Shown here one piece after another: positions 12,871 through 27,400 of a stretch of 64,000 bases of DNA. The translations under genes were made by a program, and so were the position numbers. A model generated the notes under the pieces. The model was not told the DNA's origin. It searched no databases and saw nothing but the letters and a program-made list of their open reading frames with translations. The DNA lies in the NCBI RefSeq assembly GCF_009914755.1, contig NC_060927.1. One strand, written 5' to 3'. Each line of letters starts with the position of its first letter. Within the stretch, counting starts at the first letter, position 1. This stretch comes from the human T2T-CHM13v2.0 reference genome, Homo sapiens.

Positions 12871-15800
12871 CAGGAAATCACAAATTAATACTGAACCAGT
12901 CTGTCAGTGCAAAGATTTTTCATTCATCTGTATTTTGCAGCCCCGATGTGAAAAAAAAAAAAAGTAAAAAAGTACAGGGAGATTTTAGAAATGATTTAGA
13001 GTTGATGAACAGCAAATAGATTAGTTGACTGAGATTTTTGATAAAAGAAAAATGTAAATGATTCACTAGGGCTAGTAAAAAATGAAAAAAAAAGATGAAG
13101 AACTGATAGATGGACAGAAAATGCGCAGTTCAAGAAATTAGAGGTTCCAGGATTTCAGAAAAGATAAAGGAATGAAGGAGCTGAAATAGCGTAAAGATTT
13201 TACAGGCAGCACTAATTCTGAGTCATGTGGTAGTCTACAGATTCGGGTTATATGAATGGGTTGCTGAAGTGATTTGGGGATAAATGTTCTACAGGGGAGG
13301 GGATAAAAAAGACTGAGAAGCTAGAAAATTGGATAGGTTATCTCCATGTGTTGGAATTGCTGAATACCATTTCTTGAGTTAGGTTGGAGAAGTAGACTAT
13401 ACGCCAAGAGCTAATTTTCTCTATGAATGTAAAATGACCTGGAGGTCAGTTGAAGAAATGATGAAAGGATGGAGTAGAGGGTGTTACAGCAAAATAATAT
13501 TGGTCTCAGGAAGGAAAGACTTTTTCAAGAGTGAGTTAATTCTATTTTGAACTTTGAAGTAAGATGCCAGGAACATACCTGGAGTCTGATCTTAGTAATC
13601 CCTGCATCTGATTTTAGTAATTGTTAACCATGATAAACCTACTGTATGTGCTTATGACTAGACAATGGCCATCAATGAATGAGACGTGGAAACCCCCTCT
13701 ATGTCCTACAGAATATGGCATGTTTTATGATAAAAGTTCTTTGAAAAGTTCATGCCAAGGAAACAATTAATTATGACTGTGAAAAGAAATCAGGAAATCT
13801 TCTACAGAAGAGAAAATATTGGACCAGTACTTGAAAAGTGCATATGATTTTGGCTGGAGAAAAAGAAATAAATGAATGGAGAAATATGTTCTGGAAAAGT
13901 GAATATGTTAAGGCTAAAGAGAAAAGAAGATGAGGGTAGAAATATTTTATTCTGTAAAAAATAAAATGAGGTTTTGAAAGTTTATTTTGTTTTGTTTCTT
14001 AGCGGGGTAGTGGTATGGATAGTGGAAGGTATTTTAGTTAAAACTCATGAGATGCTGAGCTTTGTGCTAATTTATGTTAATATACTGCAGCCTTATTAAG
14101 TATTTCACTTACTTATTTTTCTTGATAATGTAATTTGTGCAAAGGTAACAGTAATAATTTGAAGAAGGAGGTGCCATTTTTAGGAATGATCAGAAATGTA
14201 CTTTTAAATTATCTATATGCCTATAAATCACCACTGCCAAGTTCTAGAAAATTCTAAGGTAAAAGCAAAGACTGGAAGATAAAAATGCAATTTTGAATTA
14301 ATTTGAAGTGTAGCCAGTCATCAGTTTTTAAAACAATATTCTCTTTGTTATCAAGGTGACAAGTTTTTAAAATTCTGAAAAAACGAAATTCAGTTTAAAT
14401 TTTAATTCTCTGGGTGTCAAGTAGCAAGATGGAACAAGGTTATGATTCTTGTGTTTGCTCATTAATACCATTTTATGACAATGATGATATTTCTGCATAC
14501 ATTTGAAATGTGTTAATGACATGTAGTTAAAGGAGAGGACATTGGTTGACAAGTTGAACCTCAGTCACTAGGGACCATGGATGGAAACTGAAGTAACTTT
14601 GGGAGGTATATACAATATTTATTTGTTTCAGTTCTTGGTGCAGAACAGAACGTTCTGAACAAAGAACTAATGCAAATGTACCCTTTCTGGCTCCAACTGA
14701 AGCAATGTGATGCCTTGCAATTGGAATTTTGAGACATGGAAAACTGGGTCAGATTTTCTTTCTGCTTCAGGCTACATTTTTTTTAAAACCCTATAATAAT
14801 TAATTTTAAAGATTTCCCATTTGCTTCATGTTAAAACTATGTCCTTCAACACGTTTAACAGTGAATTTTAGCTACATAATTTTATTTGAAATTTCTTAGG
14901 CTATCAAATGCATGATGATTGGACTGACTGTTAACTTTGTATAGATTGAGTCTACTCTCTTCAAAAGAAATGCAGCATTTTCTGACCAGTGAGATAAGAT
15001 AAGCAGAAGTTGTTTTATATTCAGAGTACTATTTTTTTAATATGGTAAAGAAATAGAAACATGAAATGTTTTTTCCAAGCTAAGGTAACAAAATGACCTT
15101 ACGGTCAGTGTTTGGATGTGAAAGAGGAATAGAAGATTGATGTTTTGATGGATAATAATTGACTGTTAGCTGTTCTCACTCTTCTAAAGGCAAGGATGAA
15201 TTTGCACTGATGCTTCCTTGCTGTCACTCTAAATAATATATCTCTGTGGCTCAAGCTGTTATCAGTAATTGTAAGTAGGTATTTTTGTGACAGTCAGTCC
15301 TCTGGAGCCTACATGATGAATCCATCCTTGGCCTCTCCAAACCTCCCTGGCTGATGTGCTTGAGGTTTGCAATTGTGTACTCCCTACCCCTCAGGGAGAA
15401 ATCTGCACATCTTCCTGGTACTGTTTTTATGGGGAACTCTCAGAGTAAGACATATTTTTGGCCCTGATTAAGCACTTGGGCTCTAGACTCAGACTGCTAG
15501 TAACTACTTACTAGGTATACAATTGGGCAGGTTACTTAAGCTCTCTGCACCGTGTTCCTTCACTGACCATAAGAATACTGAACAGACAGTAACCCCCCTC
15601 ACAGGGATATTATCAAATTGAATGTGCAGTCATATGATGCCATCAATACAGTGCTAATAAATGCTCAATAATTACTTCTTATTGTACTTCTGTTGATGGT
15701 TTGGGGAATTCATTTAACTACCCTAGTCAACCTCCTTATTTCTAAAACACTTAAACATAATATTTTTAAAGGATTCTGAGATTTGTGAAACTAACTTACT

Positions 15801-16131
15801 AAGAATTGACAGTGTGAGCTTTATTTAGTAGGAAAATAGGCTGTGAAATGTGTTAGAACTGATTCGATCATGAGTATGCCATTTACTAGTGTTTTTCTGT
15901 GGGTAATTTGTCTTTACTCCCTTGTCTTTTTTCTCATTTTTAAGAAAAGGTGAGAATAATAGTAGTGCCCACATCATTGAGTTTTGAAAGAATTATATGA
16001 AAGAGTTTATGTACAACACTTCATTTAGTGACTAAATTCAAGAAATAATAACTATTGTTATTATTTTCAAATTTTTCATACAAATATTGCCTTTATGAAG
16101 TTGTCTTTGCCCATCTATAAAGACAATAGGT

Positions 16132-16469
<338 letters not shown>

Positions 16470-16494
16470 CTAAGAACTTAAATAATTGGGTTAA

Positions 16495-16623
16495 CCCATT
16501 ATGCCTGAGGTTGGAATTTTGTGAATTTTTGCAATCAGACCTTGGCGATGACCTTGAGCAGTAGGATATAAATAACTCCCACATGCTTAGTGTTCCAATA
16601 ATGGAACACCAGGCATAAATGGG
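16495..16623 (-). mobile_element. MER85, non-autonomous piggyBac (PGBD3-derived) MITE
   Basis: TIRs CCCATT-ATGCCT and AGGCATAAATGGG; TTAA at 16491-16494 and TCAA at 16624-16627; internal palindrome GTTCCAATAATGGAAC; interior matches the recalled MER85 consensus. Confidence 0.92.
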
Positions 16624-17599
16624 TCAAGTCTTTTAAATTGTTACCTGAGGTGTCAATGAATTATATACTAGCAAATCATGGATGTTGAAACCTGAGGTTC
16701 ATATCAAATTTAGATATCTCTTTAGTTGAAGAAAGCCACCAAAGCTATTGTAATGTAAGGAGTTTACTCCAGCATGAGAGACTATTTAGAGATTTTTATT
16801 AAATTGTCATGTAAGTTGCTGGTTTTGCAACTGTTAAAAGATATTAAAACCGTGCTTTTCATCATAGGACATTCTGTATACAGCGTGCATTTTTGTGGTT
16901 AGTTTTAAAAAATAAATTTAAATATTTCTTTCTCCCATTTAGTATTAAAATGCAGCTGGCATGTATTTATAAATGTTGTATAAGAATCTATTTTTTGCTC
17001 CTTATAAAATACAGAGATCTAATTTGATTTGCTTTGCTTTCATTTTTATCCCGTTGTTGTCTCAGTGGAAGAAACTATCATTCCTACACATTTCAAGTCC
17101 TCCTTCCTTCCTCTTCCTCTTCCCCCCATGGCATAAATACTGCTTCATGCACTGTGTGTTTGAAAACACTGCTTTTAGTGAGTGCTGGTATTATCTTTCT
17201 GGGAAATAGAGTTGAAATTCCCCCAGATCCCACTAAGCTCTCCTCAGCCTGTCACTACTGAGGATATGGAACTGACTACATATTGGGGGATCTCCAAGTG
17301 ACAGAACAACAACTATTGCTGAGATGTGTAAATTAGAGAAAAGACTGGATTTGAGGTAGTAACTCAAAATATGGTTTTTTTACCCTCTTTCTCTCATTCC
17401 CTATTCCCATGGTAATCAAAAACATCTAATTACTTAATTTCAAGTTAAGCATTTACTGTGAGAAAATTATTTATTCTTACTTTACTTCAGAACCCATCCA
17501 CATAATTAAAACACAAGTAATTCCTTTCACTTAGTTGATACGATCAAATAAGATAATGTATATGAAACAGATGATAAACTGTGAAGTGTGGAAGGGTGG

Positions 17600-17790
17600 G
17601 TCAGGTATAGTGCTTCGTGCTTTGCATATGTTTTCAAATGTAAACATCATTTCAACCCAAACAGATGCATATTGTCACCATTTTGCAGATAAAAAAACAG
17701 AGGGTGAGGCCAAGTCACATGCTGGGAAATGGCTGTTGGACTTGATTTTAGCACAGATCCAGCTGATTCCAAAGCCAAAGCTATCTTTAA
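17600..17790 (-). mobile_element. MIR fragment
   Basis: 'caggtatagtgcttcgtgctttgcat...ccattttgcagataaaaaaacagagg...aagtcacat'. Confidence 0.7.
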
Positions 17791-20495
17791 TCACAGTAAA
17801 CAAATCATATATCATTATATGATTATGATTTACATAGTAAACAATTTACACAGTAAACTGTGTAAACAGTTCACAGTAAACAAAAGTATATTGTTATTAT
17901 TACTTAATTGTATATAACAAGTGTACCTTATTTTATTTAGTATATTGAAATTCAAACATGCCAAAACAGAAAATAATTTGAAGTGATTATTAACTTTTCA
18001 AAAAAAATCATTTGCTTTTGAAGACACAGTAAGTTTTTTTAAATAGAACCCTTTTTTTAAATTCTAGTGTCATTAAAGATATGACTTGATTTTTAAAGAC
18101 TTCACTTCTATATACCTTTCCAGCAGCATGTGTTTTAAACAGACTGATTTGCCTCTACAGTGCCTTTTTACTTTGAGCTCCATAAATAGATGAAACACAT
18201 TTGGCAAGGATAAATATGAAGTTTAAAAGTCAGAACTTAAGTAGTGTGCATATCTTTATGATACTATGAGGCTGAAGTGTACCTGGGTAATAGACGTAAA
18301 AGATGTCCATTGCTCTAATTTACTTATAGGCCATTAGCTTTCTACATATCTGGGCTTTGAAAAACTAGACCAAAGGAAAACATGCTTGTGATGTTCAAAG
18401 AACCCAATTTTTAAAATGTGTTGAAGTGGTCCCACTACATCTCTAAGCTCATGTGACGTCCAATTTACATCATATTGGAAATGTCAGTCACTGAATCAGG
18501 TTATTGTTCACTTTTTTTGTTTGTGTTCAAATTACATATTGAGAATTTACATGAAGTGTTTCATGATGAAAATATTTGAAGCTTGAAAGTTGTACTTTAG
18601 TTGAATTAACTGTATATTCATCCCAATTTAATATTTTCCTGACCTTAGCAGTTAAAATTATAACTAAGCTATTTTAAAAATTAATACATAACAGTGGAGT
18701 GTTATTACAAAAGCCTTTAAAGGTAAATAATCCTTGCTCTACTTCTGATAATTCATAAATTATTGTTTTTAATAGAGTTCTTTTGCATGTAGATAATATA
18801 TTATTTCGTACTGATAGATTTTAATGTGTGCCACCAGTTGAATCTTTATGCCCGGTATGGCACCAGATGATTCTTAGCATTATGTTAAGCCCTCCTTATT
18901 AGACCATTTAATGGCCTTTGTCTTTAATAATGGAAACTCATTTAATAATGCATGGTTTGTGTTACGTTAACAATAATTACAGGATGCCGAGTAGTTGCTC
19001 CAGTTGAAAATCAATTTAAATAAGTTGCTCCCAATATTACAATAGACACAAAATGAAACTTATTGGTCATTAGTAATTATGAGACAAAATCATTAGAAGC
19101 CCTGTGGACAAGAAAAGAACAGATTCAAATCATTCTTTATGTATGGTTAAGACATATTCCCAGGTTTTATGAGCTATGAGGGTTGAGGTTACTAGTATCT
19201 TATGAAAATTAAGAGCTAAACGTGTTTTAAATGCATCAATAATTTGAACTGTCCTAAACACTGTTATAAAAATGCTCCCATGATTCCTACTTAAACAATA
19301 TTGCTGGGTGATTTTCGAGGCCTTAAGTTAATAGTTACCACTGTTGTACCTCAGCCCCTGCATAGAACAAGGGCTGCCAGGCAGTCATCAAATCCCAGGA
19401 AAAGAGGTTATTAAAGTTCAGTTATCAGAGATAGGCTGGAAGTCAATGATTTAAGATGGTGAGCTCTAAGTTGTTAGGGCGGAAAGATAGCTATGTCATG
19501 TAAGGACTCAAATCCAGGAAGTTTGGTAAATGATCCCAAGAGTACCAAGATTGGGTGATCCAGTGTGACTCTGAAGCATGTGCTGGGGCTTTTTGTATGT
19601 GCTGTGTCAAAAAGGTAAGCACAATGAGAGGGTTGAATGTGAATATGGAGATATCATTTACTATTCTTCAACATCAGATGTCCTCTTACAATTAAAATAA
19701 AATTAATACTTCTTTCACTTGATTGAGAAGATTAAAACCTGAATTTATGATGTGGGAGTACGTGGACTATATCAAGCTACAAGAAGGGTAAAGGGAAGAG
19801 GGAGAAGAAAAGGCATGGCAGAGTCTAGCAATCATTAACCATGCTCATTTGGGAAGGTGGCTAACAACTATTTTTAAATTTTAAAACATTTTAAAGGAAA
19901 TACATTGAGTTAAAACCCAAGGCAAGAACTTGTTATTTTGGTCACAGTACACAATTGATTTTTCATAGCATAATCTCAGCAATATTGAGATAACTGTGAA
20001 AGTGGAGACATTTTAGCTTATTCTTCAGTTGTTGAATTCAGAGTTCTCTTAATATTGTACTAAGATGAGAAAGCAAACGCAAAGCGCTTGACTAAAAAAA
20101 AAAAAAATCAAAACAGAAACAAAATAAAATTACCCCAACTGTTTAATAAGTAAAAATTTCTTTTACTTCCTCTCTTTTTTTCATTTTCAAAAGGGGGTTT
20201 TAACTTCATTTTGATTTTATTATACTTCTCCTTAAATTAGAATTACTGTATCAAAGTTTTTGAATTCTGGGACTGACTCTAATGGGAAGAAAATAAGGGA
20301 AATGATGTTTCCTGGTGATCTAATCAAACTTTGCTCTCTGAGGATTTTTAAGGGTGGTTAATTTTATTGTCATTACTATGTAAATGTTTCCCAGCTTCTA
20401 ATCATAGGCATGCTATTGCTTATCCATGCTTCCCCCAGCCATATAGACAAGATCCATAACCTACTCCAACATCCTGTGTATAAATAGACACTCAT

Positions 20496-21718
<1,223 letters not shown>

Positions 21719-24129
21719 GCTCTGTACTAGAATACCACGTTTTAAAATCTCAGTTAATTTCAGGAAATACTAGTTCTCTAAGAAAGGTCTAAAATTAAAC
21801 AGAATGGTCAGAAGGTAATAATAAGGCATACTAGTGTTTCAAATGCCTGATATAATGGACATTCTGCAGTTCATACACAAAATTGTATGTATTCAGTTGA
21901 GTTGTAGACCTAGACTATGTCTGATGATGAGATACTGCTGGTCATGTGCCTTTTCAAAGGCATTTTTTCAAATATTTAATGCTACTGCATGTTCTTCCTA
22001 CTTGTGAGTCGTATGACATGGTGTATGTGAACATGCTTTGTAAACCGTTAAGCCAATTGTGAGTGTTATCAATTCTATTATGGAGATTTTCTTAAATAGT
22101 GACACAAGGATTTGCTAATGGCTCCTGAGGATGCAATGGAATCCTCTTATTTCATTTGCTGTCCTAAGGGAAGTAAGTTTCAGTAAGCTTACACAAAGTT
22201 AATGAGTCATTAGGCTTTGAGTTTTGGCCTCCTAAAACAATGCTGTTTTTCTTAGGACTTTGTATTCCTCTGAGTGCTGTGTGCTTGGGCAGTGGAGAGC
22301 GACTAAAAAGGTCATTCACATTTTCTTTTTAATCATAGCAATACACTGGAATCAAATAATATAGCCATTGAGAGAGCCCTGTTACTGTCTCAGTCATTAA
22401 AATAAAGCTGTTTATCAAACACTAAACACATGGCAGACACTACGTTATTAAAGATACCACAGGCAAGTCACGTGGTCTCTTACTTCAACTGGATGTATAA
22501 GAAAACTAATCTTGCTTTCTCCTATTGGATAAAAATTAACTGAGCATCCCAATATGTTTTCAAGCTTAGGTATAATATGATAAAATAGTTCTTGTAGTCA
22601 GCATTCAAAATTAGTCTTCAAAATGTCATGGACAAAATTGCTAATTTCTAAAAAAATACCTCCTCCAATTTTCTTTTCTTTCATTAAAATGGTGCCAAGG
22701 AGTATTGGGGAAGGGAGTTACATATGAGACTGTCAAAAAGTTGGGTTTTTCTGTTTTGGCATCCTGTTGTCACATTTAGTGTCTGCATTTAGTCACCTTC
22801 CATTTGGGTGTACTAATAATTTATGACTAACATCTGCCGCTAATGTCATTTATGTCCTACTCTGGTAGACCCAGATCTGCTCTTACTGGCTGCCTTGGTC
22901 CCATTTGGCTCCATAAAAGTCAGACCTTCCTTTATGTCCTGAGTCACCTCCAGCCTCTAAAGTATTCCTCTAGATTATGCTCGTGGACTGTACTACTGCC
23001 CTGCTTGTTCTCAACTCAATATCCTGGACATGTGGGACTGTGCTTGCAGCATGGCGAAATCAAACCCAACATCACCCCCTCTGACTACTTTTGCTTCTAA
23101 GGGTATGAGATTGCTCTTGTCACAAGACTGTGTGAGGTATCTTGTAAGGAGGCTTCCCCTGGGAAGTTACAGAGACTTGGGTAATGGAGGAGGCAGCCCC
23201 AATCTGCTTGTAGAGTTCCTCTGACTTCCCTAATGCCCCTCCCTATCTGCTGGACAAATCTGAACACACCCCTGCTGAAATGGCTCTTCAACTTTTCTTT
23301 CCACCTCCCAAAATTCTCTGAGATCAGAAAGAGAAAATGGCATTTGACCCCACAGTCTTTTCCTGTAGGCACTATTAAATCTGACCTTTGTTACCCTAAA
23401 GAAGGAGCCAAAGGAATTTTGACAAGATTCCTCAAGATAATGGCCTGGTTTGCAAGGCTCCCATGCGCTGCAAAATCATATTTTGTGTATTACAAGCTGA
23501 ATTTTATCTTGAATTATTTTTCATTCTATCTGTAACGAATCCAGATCCTCCCACTCTACCTTGCCCCATTCAATTAGGTACCTTGGATGAACTACAATAA
23601 AAATCCTGTTCTCAAAAATGCAAAGAAGGAAAGCACTTCAGTAATTTTCAAAATAAACTAGAAATAGGGGATGCAATAGTGGAGAGGATAGACATGATCC
23701 CTTACTTCTATGGAGCCCATGTTCTATTCATGAGGAATGGGGGTCAGATAAATAAAAAAATAAGTGGGGGATTAGTGTTATGAAAAAAGTAAACATAACA
23801 TTAAGGTAACGAATATAGGGAAGTTTGAAGAGATTGAGTGATTCTAGTCTTTTGTTTATATTTGAAGAAACTGAGACTTAGAATTTTCCGAATATTAATC
23901 ATTTACTTACTGACAGTCAAAAGTGGTAGCAGGACTCCAGAATCCTTACTGAGTGAGCCCATTTTATAGGCGACACTTAAAAAAGAAAATGAACTAATGG
24001 TCTTGGCGTGGATTCAGGTTAGAACGGCTTGTATTAAATATTGTGCTAAAACATTTTTTAAAAGTCTCTACTCAAGTGAAGAGGACTGCTGACCACAACA
24101 TCATGACTTACATATTCTATACCTTTAAA

Positions 24130-24430
24130 CTTTTTGTTTCTCATTCCTAGGATGCCATTTACTCTCACTTCTAGGCATTATAATTTTTATTCCTGCCTAG
24201 ACACCTCCTTATTTATGATTCCAACTATAATGACCGCATCTAGAAATAAGCTGTCAGCTCTTGCTATTACCTTCTGTGGCATTTTTCACATACTGCCTGA
24301 ATTACTGTTTGGTTTCTCACTAAGTTGAAATCTTTTTGTGGGGCAAATAATATATACTATAAATATGTATAGTGCTTTGCTCACAGTTATCAGTAAATAT
24401 TTGGTGAACAAATACATGAATTATGTAATG
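24130..24430 (+). mobile_element. L2 3' fragment
   Basis: Ends 'tagtgctttgctcacagttatcagtaaatatttggtgaacaaatacatgaa'. Confidence 0.5.
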
Positions 24431-27400
24431 AAAGTCCATGATGTCAGATTCCGTAGAAGCTCTTAGTGTATGAATGATTCATGGACCTTGGTAATCTGTA
24501 ATCAAGTTAATGAAGAACATAGTTTCTGCTTCCGTTTACAGCAGCACTGACTGCATATAAGAATAAATGCACAACGAGGCATAGATTTTTTAAAAAGATA
24601 AAAAGTGCAAGATACATAGATATGTGACTAATTATAGTTTGTATGGAGAGATCAGAGCCAAGTGTGGTTAGGGAAAGAAGCCAAAGGCAGAAAGACTTGA
24701 GTTTAAACCGTTTTTGGAGTACAGGATGAACAGGTTGTGGTGCCTTACGGAAAGTGCCTTAGGAGAAGCTGTAAAAATTGCAGAAGTTGTAGAAGGGTGA
24801 ACACAGTTCTAGGTAGAATATATTAAGTTGATATACCTGACGAAATATTAACTGGGGATTCCGGGAGATGGAGGAGTGGAAGCTTTGAAGCTTGTGATTA
24901 GGAGTCTGAATTATATTCAAGGAATGATTGGTAGTCATTGTTGGCTTCTAAGAGGGGGAACTTGAAATAACATTTAGGGAATACTCCTACTCCTGTCCTT
25001 TGCTCATGCTGTTTTCCCATCTGGAAGATTTCCTTTTCTCCAAACCCCTCTTTAGCCCATTTCTTCAAGGCTTAATTCATATCCCTCTGTCTCTGAAGCT
25101 TTTCCAATGATTCCAGCCAATGCGTTCTCTCTCTCTTTCTGTCTCTCTGTTTCTCCATCCTCTGCATTTATTGCTTTTACTACAAAATTAATATCCTTCT
25201 GAATTCTCTCTTCTTAATTTATAATAGGCTCTTTAAAAGATTTTCTAAAATACAGTTTTGTTCAGTAGCTGCAGATTCTTATTTACATCATAAGGAAAAT
25301 AAAATCTTTGAAGCCAGCGACTTTATATTATGTTTTTGTGTACTCCATTTAGCATTCATCTAGGTTCATGTGTGTTTAATACGTGTCTTAAAGTGGGATA
25401 ACTTATAACCCAAATATCAACTCAGAGATAACGTTTAAGAGTTAGGAGAGACCTTAGAGGTCCTGCCTAGAGCTTGTGTTGAGATCATATATGAAGTCAG
25501 TACCAAGGGCTTGCATCACGTTTTTTTCTGTCAGTGGTGTTATCTAGTTGGATTCTATATGATACTGACTGTACTTGCTTCTAAATGTTACTGAACAGCT
25601 TCCAAAACCAAAGAAAATGAAACAACGGCAACAAATATTTTCTTTAAGTGAAATGTTTTTACTACTAAAGATTTTTGGAAAAAAAATATTGGCTTATGGG
25701 TGGTGACTGAGAATACACATTAAATTCCCATCTGTGGAAGGACTTTAGTCATTTGAAAGCTAAAAATTGACTGCACAATGCATCTCTTTATAAAAGAATA
25801 CAAAATTAATTTTATTGCACTAAGGTACACGTGGTATCTTGAATGTTGTGGATTTAATAGGTCAGAAAATAATAGAAGATTTATTTTTCACGTAGCAGTT
25901 ACCAGGAAATAAAATTCAATATACTAATTAAATCAAAATATAGCATCATTATAATTCTCTTTTCATTTACTTGTTAGACATAAGGCATTCTCAACTGGAA
26001 ATCAATATTTTGTTAAGCCCACTAGTGTTTAAAAAGGAAATTGCTCTGTTATTAATTATTCTGCTGGTAGATGTTATGACATCGCTTACTTATGTAGTCA
26101 CCGTCTCCTCAGATATAAAAGCAGTAAACTTTAAACCTTGTTTGGCAGTTATCACTTTTCTGTGTGAAGAAGTTTTTATTCAATTAAAAAGTCAGTGATC
26201 TATTCACATTTGTGGCATGAGGATTAACTGATAAGTGTCTCTATAGCCCTAAATGTTATGTGACCGCGATATAATAAAGCAAATAATCAGTTATGTCTTT
26301 GAACATAGAAAATACTATATAAATGCAAAATATGACTTTTTCAACTACATTTTTCTAAAGTACAGAGGTAAGATTGGACTTATCTAATACCTGCAGTGGG
26401 TGATGAAAATCCTTGGTAACATACTACTTTAGTGTTTATATTGAGTATTTTAGAAATGTGTTTGATAGCTACAATTTGGAAGTACGCAGAAGGCTACAGA
26501 ACCCTGAAGGCAAAGGTGAGCTGCTTGAATTAATATGAACTAAAATGATAATACGTTATACTTAAAAGCTAACTTTTTTGCAATATACTTAGAAGTCTTT
26601 AGCTGCATTACCTCTAATCCTCAGAATACATCATGAGAATAGTCTCTGTGAACAGGGTTAAATGCATTGGAAAGAACACTGATGGAAATAAGGAGGGGTC
26701 ACTTTCCCATTAACAGGTACTATATAGAGTCAAAAGCGCATGCCTGATGTCAGATAGAGCTGAGCACACAAACCATTTCTCCACCAGTGAGACGTTTCAA
26801 TCATACCAAGTATCCTTGCTATTTTGCATGGTTCAAATTGGTGGCCTAAAGAGATTTGTTACTTGATTACCTCAAGAGTACACTACAAGTGAAGGTAAAA
26901 ACTAGAGTTATAATAAGTTGGTTAAGGAATCTTTGTAAGGTAATTTTGTGGAAAAATAACAGAGCAAGTGATTCTGACATCTCAAAGCAGAATAAGATAA
27001 AATGCTGGGGATCTTCTGGTATTGAAGGAAGTGTTTTGATGTGCACCTTCTATAAAGTTAGTCCTTCATGTATTTCGGAACACCAGAATTTTTTTTTAAT
27101 TGTGAAGTTAAAGGAGGGACTGAAATAAAATTTACTTACCAACTATGGAAAGCAAATACTATTATTGCAAATTCCTTCATGAATAGGGAGGTAGCATAAA
27201 TATGTAACATGTGAGAGTAGAAAACAATGGAGAATAATGGAGCATGTGTGAAAAAGCTAAAACTTTACCAATACCTTCAAACATAAGAAGTTACTTAAAG
27301 TATTAATAGAGTATTTATAAATTAAAATTATCTATTCATTGAAGAGAATTTTCTTTACTAAGTATCACACTTGACAACCTGCTTATATTCTTCTTGTATT

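Noticed and set aside
17351-17360. let-7-like 5' sequence tgaggtagta (also tgaggtagtg at 10060)
   Set aside because: The match stops after about 10 nt and there is no precursor hairpin
22830-23300. GC-richer stretch with several overlapping ORFs
   Set aside because: No recognisable protein; possibly an old LTR, but I cannot support a family call
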